Source of the DNA: an uncultured Myxococcales bacterium
Lineage (GTDB): Bacteria > Myxococcota > Myxococcia > Myxococcales > Vulgatibacteraceae
Reading direction: 5' to 3'
Length of the DNA: 37,013 bases
Assembly: GCA_964354895.1 (NCBI GenBank)
Contig: CAYHCR010000001.1
Location: 1-37,013 of the forward strand
Positions 20,701 to 29,700 of this stretch are shown piece by piece. Positions within the stretch are counted from its first letter, which is position 1, and every line of letters starts with the position of its first letter. The position numbers were made by a program, and so were the translations under genes. The notes below the pieces were generated by a model. That model saw only the letters and a program-made list of their open reading frames with translations, ran no database searches and was not told the origin of the DNA.

Positions 20701-20793
20701 CAGAAGCTCGAGGAGTGGCACTCCGTCTGCGTCGGGGCGCTCCGGCAGGCGACGCTGGAGCTCGATCAGGCCGCCGGGCTCGTCCCCGCCTGA
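17710..20793 (+). CDS. rapA: SNF2-family ATPase, RNA polymerase-associated RapA (HepA)-like (1027 aa)
   Basis: The N-terminal Tudor-like region (WGVGEVL...RFQPGDEV) parallels the E. coli RapA N-terminus. Helicase motifs LADEVGLGKTIEAG, FDEAHHL, LLLTATPLQ, and the C-terminal helicase lobe (LVFSETRESL..., QRIGRIDRIGQ). ATG at 17710 is preferred over the TTG at 17662. Confidence 0.8.
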   Translation: MKIVHRAQPTWGVGEVLGLREQGRFLEVRFSGRGRDPILVSAKDPALARHRFQPGDEVSLALGGSGVVREALPTTGPALFQYQVELQGQVQAELRTCSELELVPKPPKAGALELLSRGRGGEPSAFALRQQAVRLDLERRADALGALFGSRVMPKPHQLSVVHRVLAARQPRFVLADEVGLGKTIEAGMVYAALRQAGLARRVLVVAPSHLTVQWLGELFHKFHSLFTLVDEERVRKEEDGDDPRPIWWRHDRIVTSLELLAGSEEHQEAIAAEEAEWDLVIFDEAHHLAHDDSYAAAEALADNTHGLLLLTATPLQLDPVEHFKLQLLVDPAAPESFEAFEQRLERQGEISDATRRLLSATSGETAAAAAADILALLPRDPKLVDAAARIAAPGDDGRRAREAFVGHLAETYSISSRLIRNRRAIVGGLSARKLVRHDVTPAPEELALVQRVREAVVEGTLKATPFALVQLYRRLGSSPRAAAAALVSAKLPELAAVARQLESAPLDRKTAALLELVAKVRAAEPGAKLLVFSETRESLEYLRERLGRAGVAAGLYHGDLTQLDRDRAVARFRDPDGPEVLLSTEVGGEGRNFQFCHHLVHYDLAWSPAAIEQRIGRIDRIGQRHEVMVHAFRVAGTMGAHVYDLFADAVRVFEETVGGLDPVLEIVENDLGRLALQGDPAAFARYGNLLATRVAEAREEIKRAYDPLLDLRSFDGPAVAKLLDRACARLELETSEDDSLEVRLDGIARELDERLEETVIALARRVGIQVDTDEQVDAFQCLFKVGGETEADALPGLALDDGERQWLGSFWRDTAVVQEEHDYFATGHPLVEALFGHCRDGELGRATWIETELLKSASLGFAFHFLVGMPEAEDLAAGAKIPSRQAARQLAFHRIDVGVEWTRGSVRPHVRDELLQALQDEQPEPARAPGAGSAELAAAVEAAWGLARAEAHRRLARELAAADQRMIAERDTAVERLALASERAEPDERRLLALEAQKLEEWHSVCVGALRQATLELDQAAGLVPA

Positions 20794-20871
20794 TCGGGTG
20801 CCCCGGCCGAGATCCTGCGGGATTGCGCCATCGAAGGTACGATCTCCCGTCCGATTGGAGAGATCGCCGGA

Positions 20872-23151
20872 TTGTCCAGCCGCCTCCCCACCTCACCGAC
20901 CCTGCCCCTCGGCGTCTGCGTCCTCCACTTCGACGCCGACGCCCGGATCTCGTGGGCGAACGCCGAGGCGTGCCGGGCGTTCGGGCTGCCGCTGGCAGAG
21001 CTGCTCGGCCTGACGTGCGGTGACCGGCGCCTCGGGCTCCACGACGAGCGGGGTGCGCCCGTGGAGCCCGGCGCCTGCCCGGTCCGCCAGGCGATCGCCG
21101 GGCGAGGCGCGACCGTTCCGCGTCGGATCGATCTGCACGGCGCCGGGGGGCAGACGCCCTTCCTGCTCGCGACCGAGGCGCGGCGCTCGCCCGAGGGCGC
21201 GCTCGTCGAGGTCGTCGCGCTGCTCACGCCGATGTCGGCGCCGGCCTTCGGCGGTCGCCACGCGCTGCACGAGGCGGCGCGCGCCCACGCCGACGCCCAG
21301 CGCCTGTATCGATCGGCGTTCCTCGCGATGGGCGACGGCATCATCGTCTTCGATCGCAACGGCGCGATCGTGGACGCGAACGCCGCAGCCCTGCGCATCC
21401 TGGGCCTGCCGTTCGAGCGCGCGCTGGGGCTTGGGCCCGCCGATCCTTTCTGGCACCTGCTGCGTGAAGACGGCTCGCGGATGCCGCCCGACGAGATCCC
21501 GTTCGAGGTGACGCGCCGGCTCGCCCAGCCCCTCTCCGAGATCCGGGTCGGCCTCGACCGCGCGCCCGGCGAGCTCGTCTGGCTGTCGTTCACGACGGCG
21601 CTGCTGCCCGACCTCGGCGGCGGCGCCTCGGTCGTCGCGACGTTCTCCGAGGTCACCGCGCTCGTCGACGCGGCGCTGGCGCTCGGCGAGTCCCGCGCGC
21701 ACCTCACACGGATCACGGAGGCGGTGCCCGGCCTGCTGTTCGAGCTCGTGCGCGAGCCGATCGGCGCGGGGTACTTCACCTTCGTCAATTCGCACGCGCC
21801 GGCGCTGCTCGGCGTCTCCGAGGCCGAGCTCCGCGCCAACGGCCTCCACGCGCTGCGCTACGTGCCTTCGTTGGACAGCGCCCGGATCTTCGCCGAATTC
21901 GAGCGCGCGCTCGCAGCAGACCTGCCCGTCACCGTCGAGTTCGAGGTCGCTCCTCCGACCGGCCGGCGTTGGGTCCGGCTCCACGCCTCGTGCGAGCGAC
22001 GGGGCGCGCAGCTCTGCTACGCGGGCGTGATCATCGATGTCACGCGCGAGCACGAGCTCTCCGATCAGCTGCGGCTCGCGCAGCGCGCCGAGGCGTTCGG
22101 GGATCTCGCCGCCGGCATCGCGCACAACTTCAACAACCTGCTCGCCGCCGTCGTGCCGAACCTCGAGCTCGCCGAGGAGCAGGTCTCCGACGAGGTGCGC
22201 CCGCTGCTCACGGACGCGCGGCGCGCCTCGGAGAGCGGGGCCGAGCTGGTCCGCCAGTTGATGGCGTTCGGGCGGCGGGAGTCGGCCAGCGACGCCGAGA
22301 GCGTCGAGCTCGCGATGGTGGTCGACGAGCTCGCCGCGATCTGCCGACGGCTCATCGATCGGCGCATCCTGATCGGCTGCGGCCCGGTCGCGCGCGGCGT
22401 CCGGGTGAAGGGCCGCGCCGCGCTCCTGCAGCAGGTCCTGCTCAACCTCTGCGTCAACGCCCGCGACGCGCTGGAGGACCGGCCCGCGCCGACGATCTCG
22501 ATCGCGCTGGAGGTCCGCGGCGCGCTCGCGGTGGTGCTCGTGCGCGACAACGGCGGCGGCATGGACGAGGCGACGCTCGCGCGGCTCGGCGAGCCCTTCT
22601 TCACGACGAAGCCGCCCGGCCGCGGGACGGGCCTCGGGCTCGCGACCGCGTACGGCACCATCCGGGACCTCGGCGGGACGATCCGCTGCAGCTCGGCGCC
22701 CGGCGGCGGGACGACCTTCGCGGTCGAGCTCCCGCGGCTCGTCGACGCGCCGAGCGCCGCGCCGTCCCGGACGGACGTGCAGAGCTTCCCCTCGCTGGCG
22801 GCGCGGACGATCCTCCTCGTCGACGACGAGGCGCTCGTTCGCACCGCGCTCGCCCGGATCCTCAAGCGAGCCGGCGCGACCGTGCTGGAGACCGGCAGCG
22901 GCGCCGACGCGATCGCGCTGCTCGCGACGACGCCCGTGGACGCAGTGCTGCTCGATCTCTCGATGCCGGGCCTCTCCGGCGCGGAGACGATCGCGCGCCT
23001 GCGCCCGCGCCACCCGATCCTCCCGATCTGCATCCTGAGCGGCTTCATCGCCCAGCCGATCGAGGGCGCCGATGAGGTCCTTGAGAAGCCCGTGGACCGG
23101 AACCGCCTGGCCGCGTTCTTCGAGCGGCACCTGACACCCCTCGGGTCGTAG
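20872..23151 (+). CDS. Cytoplasmic multi-PAS hybrid sensor histidine kinase / response regulator (759 aa)
   Basis: TTG start with GGAGAG 9 nt upstream. PAS-like segments. H-box GIAHNFNNLL, N-box LLNLCVNARDAL, G-boxes DNGGGMD and GTGLGLA. C-terminal receiver (ILLVDDE ... LLDLSMPG ... LEKP). No transmembrane segment is seen. Confidence 0.8.
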   Translation: MSSRLPTSPTLPLGVCVLHFDADARISWANAEACRAFGLPLAELLGLTCGDRRLGLHDERGAPVEPGACPVRQAIAGRGATVPRRIDLHGAGGQTPFLLATEARRSPEGALVEVVALLTPMSAPAFGGRHALHEAARAHADAQRLYRSAFLAMGDGIIVFDRNGAIVDANAAALRILGLPFERALGLGPADPFWHLLREDGSRMPPDEIPFEVTRRLAQPLSEIRVGLDRAPGELVWLSFTTALLPDLGGGASVVATFSEVTALVDAALALGESRAHLTRITEAVPGLLFELVREPIGAGYFTFVNSHAPALLGVSEAELRANGLHALRYVPSLDSARIFAEFERALAADLPVTVEFEVAPPTGRRWVRLHASCERRGAQLCYAGVIIDVTREHELSDQLRLAQRAEAFGDLAAGIAHNFNNLLAAVVPNLELAEEQVSDEVRPLLTDARRASESGAELVRQLMAFGRRESASDAESVELAMVVDELAAICRRLIDRRILIGCGPVARGVRVKGRAALLQQVLLNLCVNARDALEDRPAPTISIALEVRGALAVVLVRDNGGGMDEATLARLGEPFFTTKPPGRGTGLGLATAYGTIRDLGGTIRCSSAPGGGTTFAVELPRLVDAPSAAPSRTDVQSFPSLAARTILLVDDEALVRTALARILKRAGATVLETGSGADAIALLATTPVDAVLLDLSMPGLSGAETIARLRPRHPILPICILSGFIAQPIEGADEVLEKPVDRNRLAAFFERHLTPLGS

Positions 23152-23260
23152 CTACCCTGGAGGGGTTTCGGGTACCCGGTGTCACGTGCGATCCGATCGC
23201 AATTCCAGGCGGTTGCACTCGGATCTTCCCTTGCATCTCTCCCACCCCAAGGGGTGAGGA

Positions 23261-24517
23261 ATGGCTCGCGCGACCCAGGGCCCACGGGTCATCGCCGTCG
23301 GCGGTGGGAAGGGCGGCGTCGGCAAGAGCCTGATCGCCGCGAACCTCGCCGTGGCGATGGCGCTCGCCGGCCGGGAGACGGTCGCGATCGACCTCGACCT
23401 CGGCGCCGCAAACCTGCACACGCTGCTGGGCCTCGAGCGAACCTCGGCGACGCTGCACGACGTGCTCGACGGGACGCTCGACGGCTTCGAGGCGGCCGCG
23501 GTCGCGACGCCGATCCACAGGCTTCGACTGGTCGCGGGCACCAACGGACGACCCGGCGCGGCGAACCCGAACGGCGGGCAGAAGGCGCGGCTCATCAAGC
23601 AGGCGCGCCGGCTCGACGCGGAGGTCGTCGTGCTCGACCTCGGCGCGGGCACCTCGTTCAACCCCGTCGACTTCTTCCTCGGCGCCGATCTGCGGGTGCT
23701 CGTCGTCACCCCCGAGCTCGGCTCGCTGCAGAACGCGTATGGGTTCGCGAAGGCGGCCCTCTACCGCGACGTGCAGCGGCTCGCGGCAGACGACGTCGAG
23801 ACCGCCCTCTTCGAGCGCTCCCGCGAGAGCCGCACGCGCCTGTCGGAGGTCCTCGCGGATGTCGCGAAGGAGCGGCCCGCGCTCGCGACGGCGGCGCGTC
23901 GACACGTCGCGGCGTTCGGCGGCTGCATCATCGGCAACCAGGTGCTCGAGCCACGCGACGTCACCGTGCCCAGGGCGCTCGAGCGGCTGCTCGGAGATTT
24001 CCTGGGCCTCGATGTGCCGGTGATCGCGAGCCTCAAGGCGAGCCGGCCAATCCGCGACTCGATCCAGCGGCGAAGGCCGTTCGTGCTCGACGCCGGCGCC
24101 GAAGAGAGCTCCCGCCAGCTCCACGCGGCGGCCAAATGGCTGCTCGAGTCCGACGTCGAGGCGCTGCGGTATCTCCGCGACGATCTCGACGAGTCCATCC
24201 TTCCCGCAGCGCCCGGCGCGCTCCCGGCGGCCCCACCCCCGGAGACGAGCACGCACCTGCGCCACGAGCACCGGCTCCTCGTCGACCTGCCCGGCCAGCT
24301 GCTGCTCGACGGCACTCCGCACGCTGCACGCCTCAAGGATCTCTCCGAGGGCGGCGGACTTGTGCAGGCGCAGCTCGAGCTCGCCATCGGCTGCAGGCTC
24401 GCGCTGGCGGTGCCCGCGTTATGGCGGGGCGCGCGGCCCGTCGAGATCCGCCACTCAGATCGGGGCGCGTTCGGCGTGCGGTTCCTCGACGTGCCGGCGC
24501 TCGAGCTGCCGTCATGA
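23261..24517 (+). CDS. ParA/MinD-type P-loop ATPase fused to a C-terminal PilZ (c-di-GMP-binding) domain (418 aa)
   Basis: GGTGAGGA upstream of the ATG. Deviant Walker A GGGKGGVGKS and Walker B VVVLDLGAG. PilZ signatures RHEHR (RxxxR, aa 334-338) and DLSEGG (DxSxxG, aa 360-365). Confidence 0.8.
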   Translation: MARATQGPRVIAVGGGKGGVGKSLIAANLAVAMALAGRETVAIDLDLGAANLHTLLGLERTSATLHDVLDGTLDGFEAAAVATPIHRLRLVAGTNGRPGAANPNGGQKARLIKQARRLDAEVVVLDLGAGTSFNPVDFFLGADLRVLVVTPELGSLQNAYGFAKAALYRDVQRLAADDVETALFERSRESRTRLSEVLADVAKERPALATAARRHVAAFGGCIIGNQVLEPRDVTVPRALERLLGDFLGLDVPVIASLKASRPIRDSIQRRRPFVLDAGAEESSRQLHAAAKWLLESDVEALRYLRDDLDESILPAAPGALPAAPPPETSTHLRHEHRLLVDLPGQLLLDGTPHAARLKDLSEGGGLVQAQLELAIGCRLALAVPALWRGARPVEIRHSDRGAFGVRFLDVPALELPS

Positions 24518-24727
24518 CCCCGCCTGGAACGACGGGCCTTCCCGCGCACCGTTCACACGCCCCGAGGGCTAGCGGGACCAAACGTCTCCGCAAGCTTCGC
24601 TGGATATCCGGATAAGAGTCCGGGATCACGGTGGTTTCTCCGGGGCCTCTCTCGGAATGTCAGACCGCGGCGGTAGGCTCTGAACATCGGTACAGGCACC
24701 AGCGTACCGGAGAGGACGGAGGCAGCC

Positions 24728-25402
24728 ATGCGGCTCGGGTTCTTCTACGGCGTGAACGGAGACTCCGGCGTGCTCGCCGAGGTCCGAGAGCTGCTCCACG
24801 ACTGCGAGCACCTGGTCTCGCTCGGAGATCTCGTCAGCACCGAGCGCGTCGCGGACGGCGACTGCCTCTCCCTGGCGCTCTCCTCCGGCGCGCCCGGCGC
24901 GCGCGTCACGTGCCTCGCGGGCGCGGCGGAGCGGCGACGCTCCCACGATGGCGCGCTGCCGGCCGAGTGGCGCCTGCGGCTCAAGGGGCTCCCGTCGGCC
25001 ACGGTGATCGACGGCGTCGCGGTGCTCGGCGCCGCCGGCCTCGCCTCCCGCAGCGTGCAGGAGGAGCGCGCGCTCTCGGGCCGCCCGCACCTCCACGCGC
25101 CGCTCACGATCGCCGCCTCGGCGGGCGTTACGGAGCTCTGGCGATCGAGCGCGGGCAACACCGTGCGCGCGGCCTGGCTCTCGGACGTGCTGCGCGTAGG
25201 GCGGCACGAGCGCGTCCGACTCGAGCTGTCGGCCGTGGTGGACGACGGCGTGCTGCGGGTCGCGATCCTCGACGTGAAGGCCGGCACCCTCGAGGTCCGG
25301 GAGCGGCTGCACCTCTCCGCTCCGGCGCCCGCTGCGTCCGGCCACACACGCCGGGGCGGGCCGGGGGGCCACGGCGCGGCCGCGAGGCGCCGCGCGGGCT
25401 GA
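24728..25402 (+). CDS. Hypothetical protein (224 aa), possibly a degenerate metallophosphoesterase-like fold
   Basis: GGAGAGGACGGAGG upstream of the ATG, and G/C-rich third positions. The layout MRLGFFYGVNGD...LVSLGDLV...CLAGAAE mimics the calcineurin-like motif spacing, but the metal ligands appear replaced. Confidence 0.55.
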   Translation: MRLGFFYGVNGDSGVLAEVRELLHDCEHLVSLGDLVSTERVADGDCLSLALSSGAPGARVTCLAGAAERRRSHDGALPAEWRLRLKGLPSATVIDGVAVLGAAGLASRSVQEERALSGRPHLHAPLTIAASAGVTELWRSSAGNTVRAAWLSDVLRVGRHERVRLELSAVVDDGVLRVAILDVKAGTLEVRERLHLSAPAPAASGHTRRGGPGGHGAAARRRAG

Positions 25403-25443
25403 CGGCCCACGCACGGGGGAAGCGCTGCGGGCCTGCTCGGCGA

Positions 25444-26694
25444 TCAGTCGTCGTCGAGGCGGAAGACGCCGGAGACGCGGGAGACGCTCGTCGCGTCGAT
25501 CACCGAGCGCGATCGGCGGCGCGCGGCCTCTTCGTCGAGCCGTCCGGCGATCACCTCGCGGGCGTCGGCGAGGCGCGCCTTGTGGCCGAGCAGCTCCGCG
25601 ACCGCCACGAGGCCGTCCTGCTCGAGGAGCGAGAGCTTCGCCTCCGCGTCGTCGAGGTGGTTGCTCGCGCCGGCCCGATCTCCGCGGGCGAGCCGCTCCC
25701 AGACGGTCGTCTCCGCGCGCGCGAGCGCGAGCAGCCCGTCTTCCCTGCGGATCTCGACGAAGAGCGCCTCGGGCGGCTTGTCGTAGAGCGGCACCGGAAG
25801 GACTGCGCCTCCGAGCGCCTCGCCGCCGACGGGCGACCACGAGACGCGCAGGCGCGCGAGCTCGACGGCGTCACCGGCCGCGCGCACGTCGAACAGCAGG
25901 CGCCGCGGGCCGAGCCGGCCCACCGTACCGACCTCGACGACCAGGCCGTCCGCCTCCGCGCGGGTCGGATAGCGATGCAGCAGCTCGATCGCCTGCACGC
26001 TGGCGCTCGGCTGCACCTTCACGATCGCGCTCGTCGCGTCGATCTCCTGCGACGCGCGCAGCTCCTCGGCGAGCACGCCCGCGAGGTCGGCCGGATCTGC
26101 GACGAAGTGGTAGCCGCCGTCGCCCGCGCGCGCGACGCAGCGCAGGAGCTCCTCGTCGTAGCCGGTCCCGAAGCCGATCGTCGAGGTCGTGATGCCGCGG
26201 CCGGCGAGATCCCGCGCCGTCGCCTCGAAGCGCGGCGCCTCGAGCTGGCCGACGCTCGGGTAGCCGTCGGTGAGCAACAGCACGCGCGGCTTCGCGCCCG
26301 GGACGAACGCGCTGGAGAGCTGCTCGGCCGCGGCCTTGTAGCCCGCCGCGAGGTTCGTGCCGAGGCCGGGGCGCACCGCCGCGAGCCGCGCGAAGAGCTT
26401 CTCGCGGGCCTCGTCCGTCATCGACTGCGCGCGGAAGACGACCGACGCCTCGCGCTCGAAGACGACGACCGCGAGCCGATCCTGCGGGCCGAGGCGCTCG
26501 GAGAGACGACGAACGGCGTCGAGCGCCGCCGCTAGCGGCGGGCCGCCCATCGAGGAGGAGGCGTCGAGCGCCAGCGCGAGGTGCGCCGGCGGCCGCGTCG
26601 CCCCGGCGCTCGCGGGATCACCCGCGAGTCGCACGAAGAGGACGATGCGTCCCTTGCCCGCGCCGAGTCGTACGCCTGCCGCTTCGATCTGCAT
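25444..26694 (-). CDS. Cytoplasmic vWA domain protein (416 aa)
   Basis: Canonical MIDAS LALDASSSMGG. LLLTDGYPS and TIGFGTGYDEELL are typical vWA strands. No signal peptide. C-terminal beta/helical extension. Confidence 0.8.
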   Translation of the reverse strand: MQIEAAGVRLGAGKGRIVLFVRLAGDPASAGATRPPAHLALALDASSSMGGPPLAAALDAVRRLSERLGPQDRLAVVVFEREASVVFRAQSMTDEAREKLFARLAAVRPGLGTNLAAGYKAAAEQLSSAFVPGAKPRVLLLTDGYPSVGQLEAPRFEATARDLAGRGITTSTIGFGTGYDEELLRCVARAGDGGYHFVADPADLAGVLAEELRASQEIDATSAIVKVQPSASVQAIELLHRYPTRAEADGLVVEVGTVGRLGPRRLLFDVRAAGDAVELARLRVSWSPVGGEALGGAVLPVPLYDKPPEALFVEIRREDGLLALARAETTVWERLARGDRAGASNHLDDAEAKLSLLEQDGLVAVAELLGHKARLADAREVIAGRLDEEAARRRSRSVIDATSVSRVSGVFRLDDD

Positions 26695-26747
26695 GGGGCC
26701 TCGTTGCGCCGCACTCTACCAGCGGCGCACGCTCCGGAGCAGCCCCG

Positions 26748-29700
26748 TCAAGCGCTCGCGCGGCGGCGCCGCGAAACGGTTGCGAGGCCAAAGAGCAGCA
26801 GCGCCGCGAGCTCGAACGAGCTGCCCGTCCGGCCCGCCCCACAGCCGCAGCCCGATTCCTCCTCCACCAGCAGCGCGTCCGCGCCGCCACCGCCATCGAG
26901 GAGGCCGCCGGCTCCGCCCGCGCCGGGGTCGCAGATCGCCGCGCCGAGGCAGTCCGCATCGTCGCAGTCGGTCTGCCCGTCCCGATCGTCGTCGCGCCCG
27001 TCGTCGCACGCGAGCTCGCGCGCAGCGGCCGCGCCCCCGGCACCGCCGGCCCCGCCCGCCCCGCCGCCGCCGCCTGCACCGCCGCCGCCCGCGCACGCCG
27101 GATCGCCCGCGCAGTCGGCATCGTCACAGTCCGTCCCGCCATCGCCGTCGCCATCGACGCCGTCCGTACACGAGCCCTCCACCGGCAGCCCGCCGGCCGG
27201 CCCCGGGTCGGTCCCCGCGGCGCACTCCTGCGCGAGCGTCGCGCCGTCCTGATCGACGTCGCTGCTGCCGTCTGCCGCGTCGCGCCCGTCGTAGCCGTAC
27301 TGCGCCTCGCAGGCGTCGCTCGCCCCGTCGAGATCGAGATCTCCGCCTGAGACGCCGGGCAACAGCGAGCGCAGCGCCGCGTCGAAGACGCGCAGCCGAT
27401 CAGCCGCCGGCACGATCGCCTCGATCGGCGCGCCGAAGAAGACGACGTTCGACTTCGCGATGACCGCCGCGCCGCCCGTGCCGTAGCGCATCGCGATCCG
27501 ACCACCGGACGCGCCCTCGTCGAGCACGTCGGGATAGACGACCTCGTAGACACCGCCGGTCCCGTCGTCGATCCGCACGCTGGCGATCGCCTCGAAGGGC
27601 CCGCCCGCGACGCCCGTGAGCTCGTACGAGTCGGCGTCGTCGGAGAGGTAGGTGACGCCCAGCGTCTCGGTGAGGAAGACGCCGTCGCGCACGTCGTCGC
27701 TCGTCTCGACGAGCGCGTAGCCGATCTCCTCGCCCGAGATCAGCAGCTTGCCGCCGCCCGCGAGATAGACGCCCATCAGCCCCTGCATCGCGGACGAGAT
27801 CGGCTCATCTGCGGAGGAGTCCTTGCCCGCCGCGTAGTCGACCGCCGCGTAGCCCGCGAGCGGCACCGTCCCGTCGAGCACCGCCTCGTCGAGCGCCCCG
27901 TCGAAGAAGAGCGCCCCGCCGAGCGAGCCGGCGATCGCGCCGCCGTGCTCCACGGCGTACTGCAGGTCGTTGTCGCGATCCTGCACCCACGCGTCCCGGC
28001 GGTCGTAGGCCTGGACGAAGAGCACTTGCGCAGCTGCCGCGCCTGCGGGCAGCACGGCGCCGCGCACGCGCGCGGAGACGGCCTGCGACGCCATGCCCTC
28101 GCCGTTCGCGGAGAGGGCAGCGACGCGCAGCGCGAGCGTCGTGCCTGACGCGATCGAAGGGAACGTGTGCTCGGTGCCGCGCACCAGCTCGCCGGCGTCC
28201 CAGCCGCGGCCGCCGGTCGCCCGATAGAGCCGGTAGGCCTCGGCGCCCGGGGTCGCGGCCCAGCGCACGCGCAGCGAGCCGTCGGACAAGTTCTGCGCCA
28301 CGAGCCCGTCGGGGCGCGGCGGCGGCGCGCCGGCGCCCGGATTCAGGAACTGCGCGAGCCCCTCCGCGACGCCGTACGCGAACGCCTCGCGCCAGCGCGG
28401 GTCATGCAGCGCGCGGTTGTCGGCGTAGCGCGGCGGCGGCGAGCCCGACGGCGACGCGACGTTGTCGAAGAAGCCGGTCTCGATCAGCACGCCCGGCATG
28501 TCGTCGAGCGTGCGCAATTCGCCGAAATTCGCGACGCGCTTGCCGCGATCGCCGAAGTTCGGATCGAAGTCGCCGCGCAGCCGCGAGAGCACGGCCCCGT
28601 GCACCAGTTCAATCAGCTGCGTCGAGCCCGGCGGATCATCGCAGCCGGTCGCGGCCGCGGAGGTGCTGTGATCTCCGTAGGTCGAGCACGAGTAGCGGTA
28701 GGTCGACAGGCCGTTCGCCCCTGAACCGCCGTCGACGCCGGACGCGTTGGCGTGGATCGAGACGTACGCCTCCGCGTCGACGTACTCGGCATAGGCGGGC
28801 CGGATGCTGACGTCGCCGTACTGCGTGACGTTCGCATCGGCGCCGGCCCACGGCACGAACGAAGCGGCGCCCATCTCCCACCACGGCTTGCCCGAGCCGG
28901 TCCACGTCCCGCCGCCAAGCTTCACGGCGTCCGCGATCAGGTAGCCATCGGCGCTGCCGTTGCGCAGCGTCACCGACGCCGCGCCGGGCGCGAAGAGCCA
29001 GCGCCCCAGGTCGAGCCAGGTGTCGGTCGGCACCCGCTGATCGAGATCGACGAGCGTCGTCCCGCCGACGTGCACGATCTCCACGAGCGCCGCGGGCGTC
29101 CGATTTCCCCCGGCGACGAAGCGCATCGAGAGGTGCTGCTCCCCGACGTCGTTGACCGGCAGCTCGTAACGCACGGACCCCGCGGCGCCCGGCTCGAGCA
29201 CGCGGTAGTCGTCGCCGTAGCCACCGGGGTTGTTGCCCGCGCTCCACGCGCCGGTCTCGACGACGCCCGCGTCGCCGTCGTCGAGGATCGAACCATCGCC
29301 GCCGTGGTCCGGCTCCCGCACGAGCACGACCTCGGCGCCCATGCCCTGCAGCAGCGGCAGCAGCTGGTTGGTGACGACCTCGGCCGTGAAGAAATCTTCC
29401 AGGATCCCGCGGCAATTTCCGCAGCCCGTGAAGTTCCAGCGGCTGCGCTGCGTGCGCCAGCCGCCCGCGCCGTCGTCGAGCCAGCCGTGGCCCGCGACGA
29501 GCGCGATCCTCCGGCCGAGCAGCGCGCCGCCGAGCGGCAGGCGGGGCGTCGCGATCGGACGCACCATCGCCTCGCGGGGGACCGGGCGAAGCAGCGGCGC
29601 CGGCAACTCCCGCGGCTCGACGCCGTAGGGCAGCAGACGGCCGCCGCGCCGCACGAGGAGGTGCACGCCGTCCTCGACGCCGAACGCTGCGAGCGCGCCG

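Noticed and set aside
17902-23130. Antisense or off-frame ORFs 17902..20721 (-), 18351..20450 (+), 20893..23130 (-) and 21969..23075 (+)
   Set aside because: They overlap the RapA-like and histidine-kinase genes, whose motifs are unambiguous. The compositions are Arg/Ala/Gly/Glu/Leu shadow-frame typical.
23221-23235. sigma54-like element GGATCTTCCCTTGCA (GG-N10-GC with a good TTGCA -12 half) upstream of the ParA-PilZ gene
   Set aside because: The -24 half (cGGatc versus TGGCAC) is weak. The element is only 26 nt from the ATG, leaving a very short leader. A single match of this quality is expected by chance, so it is not reported as a feature.
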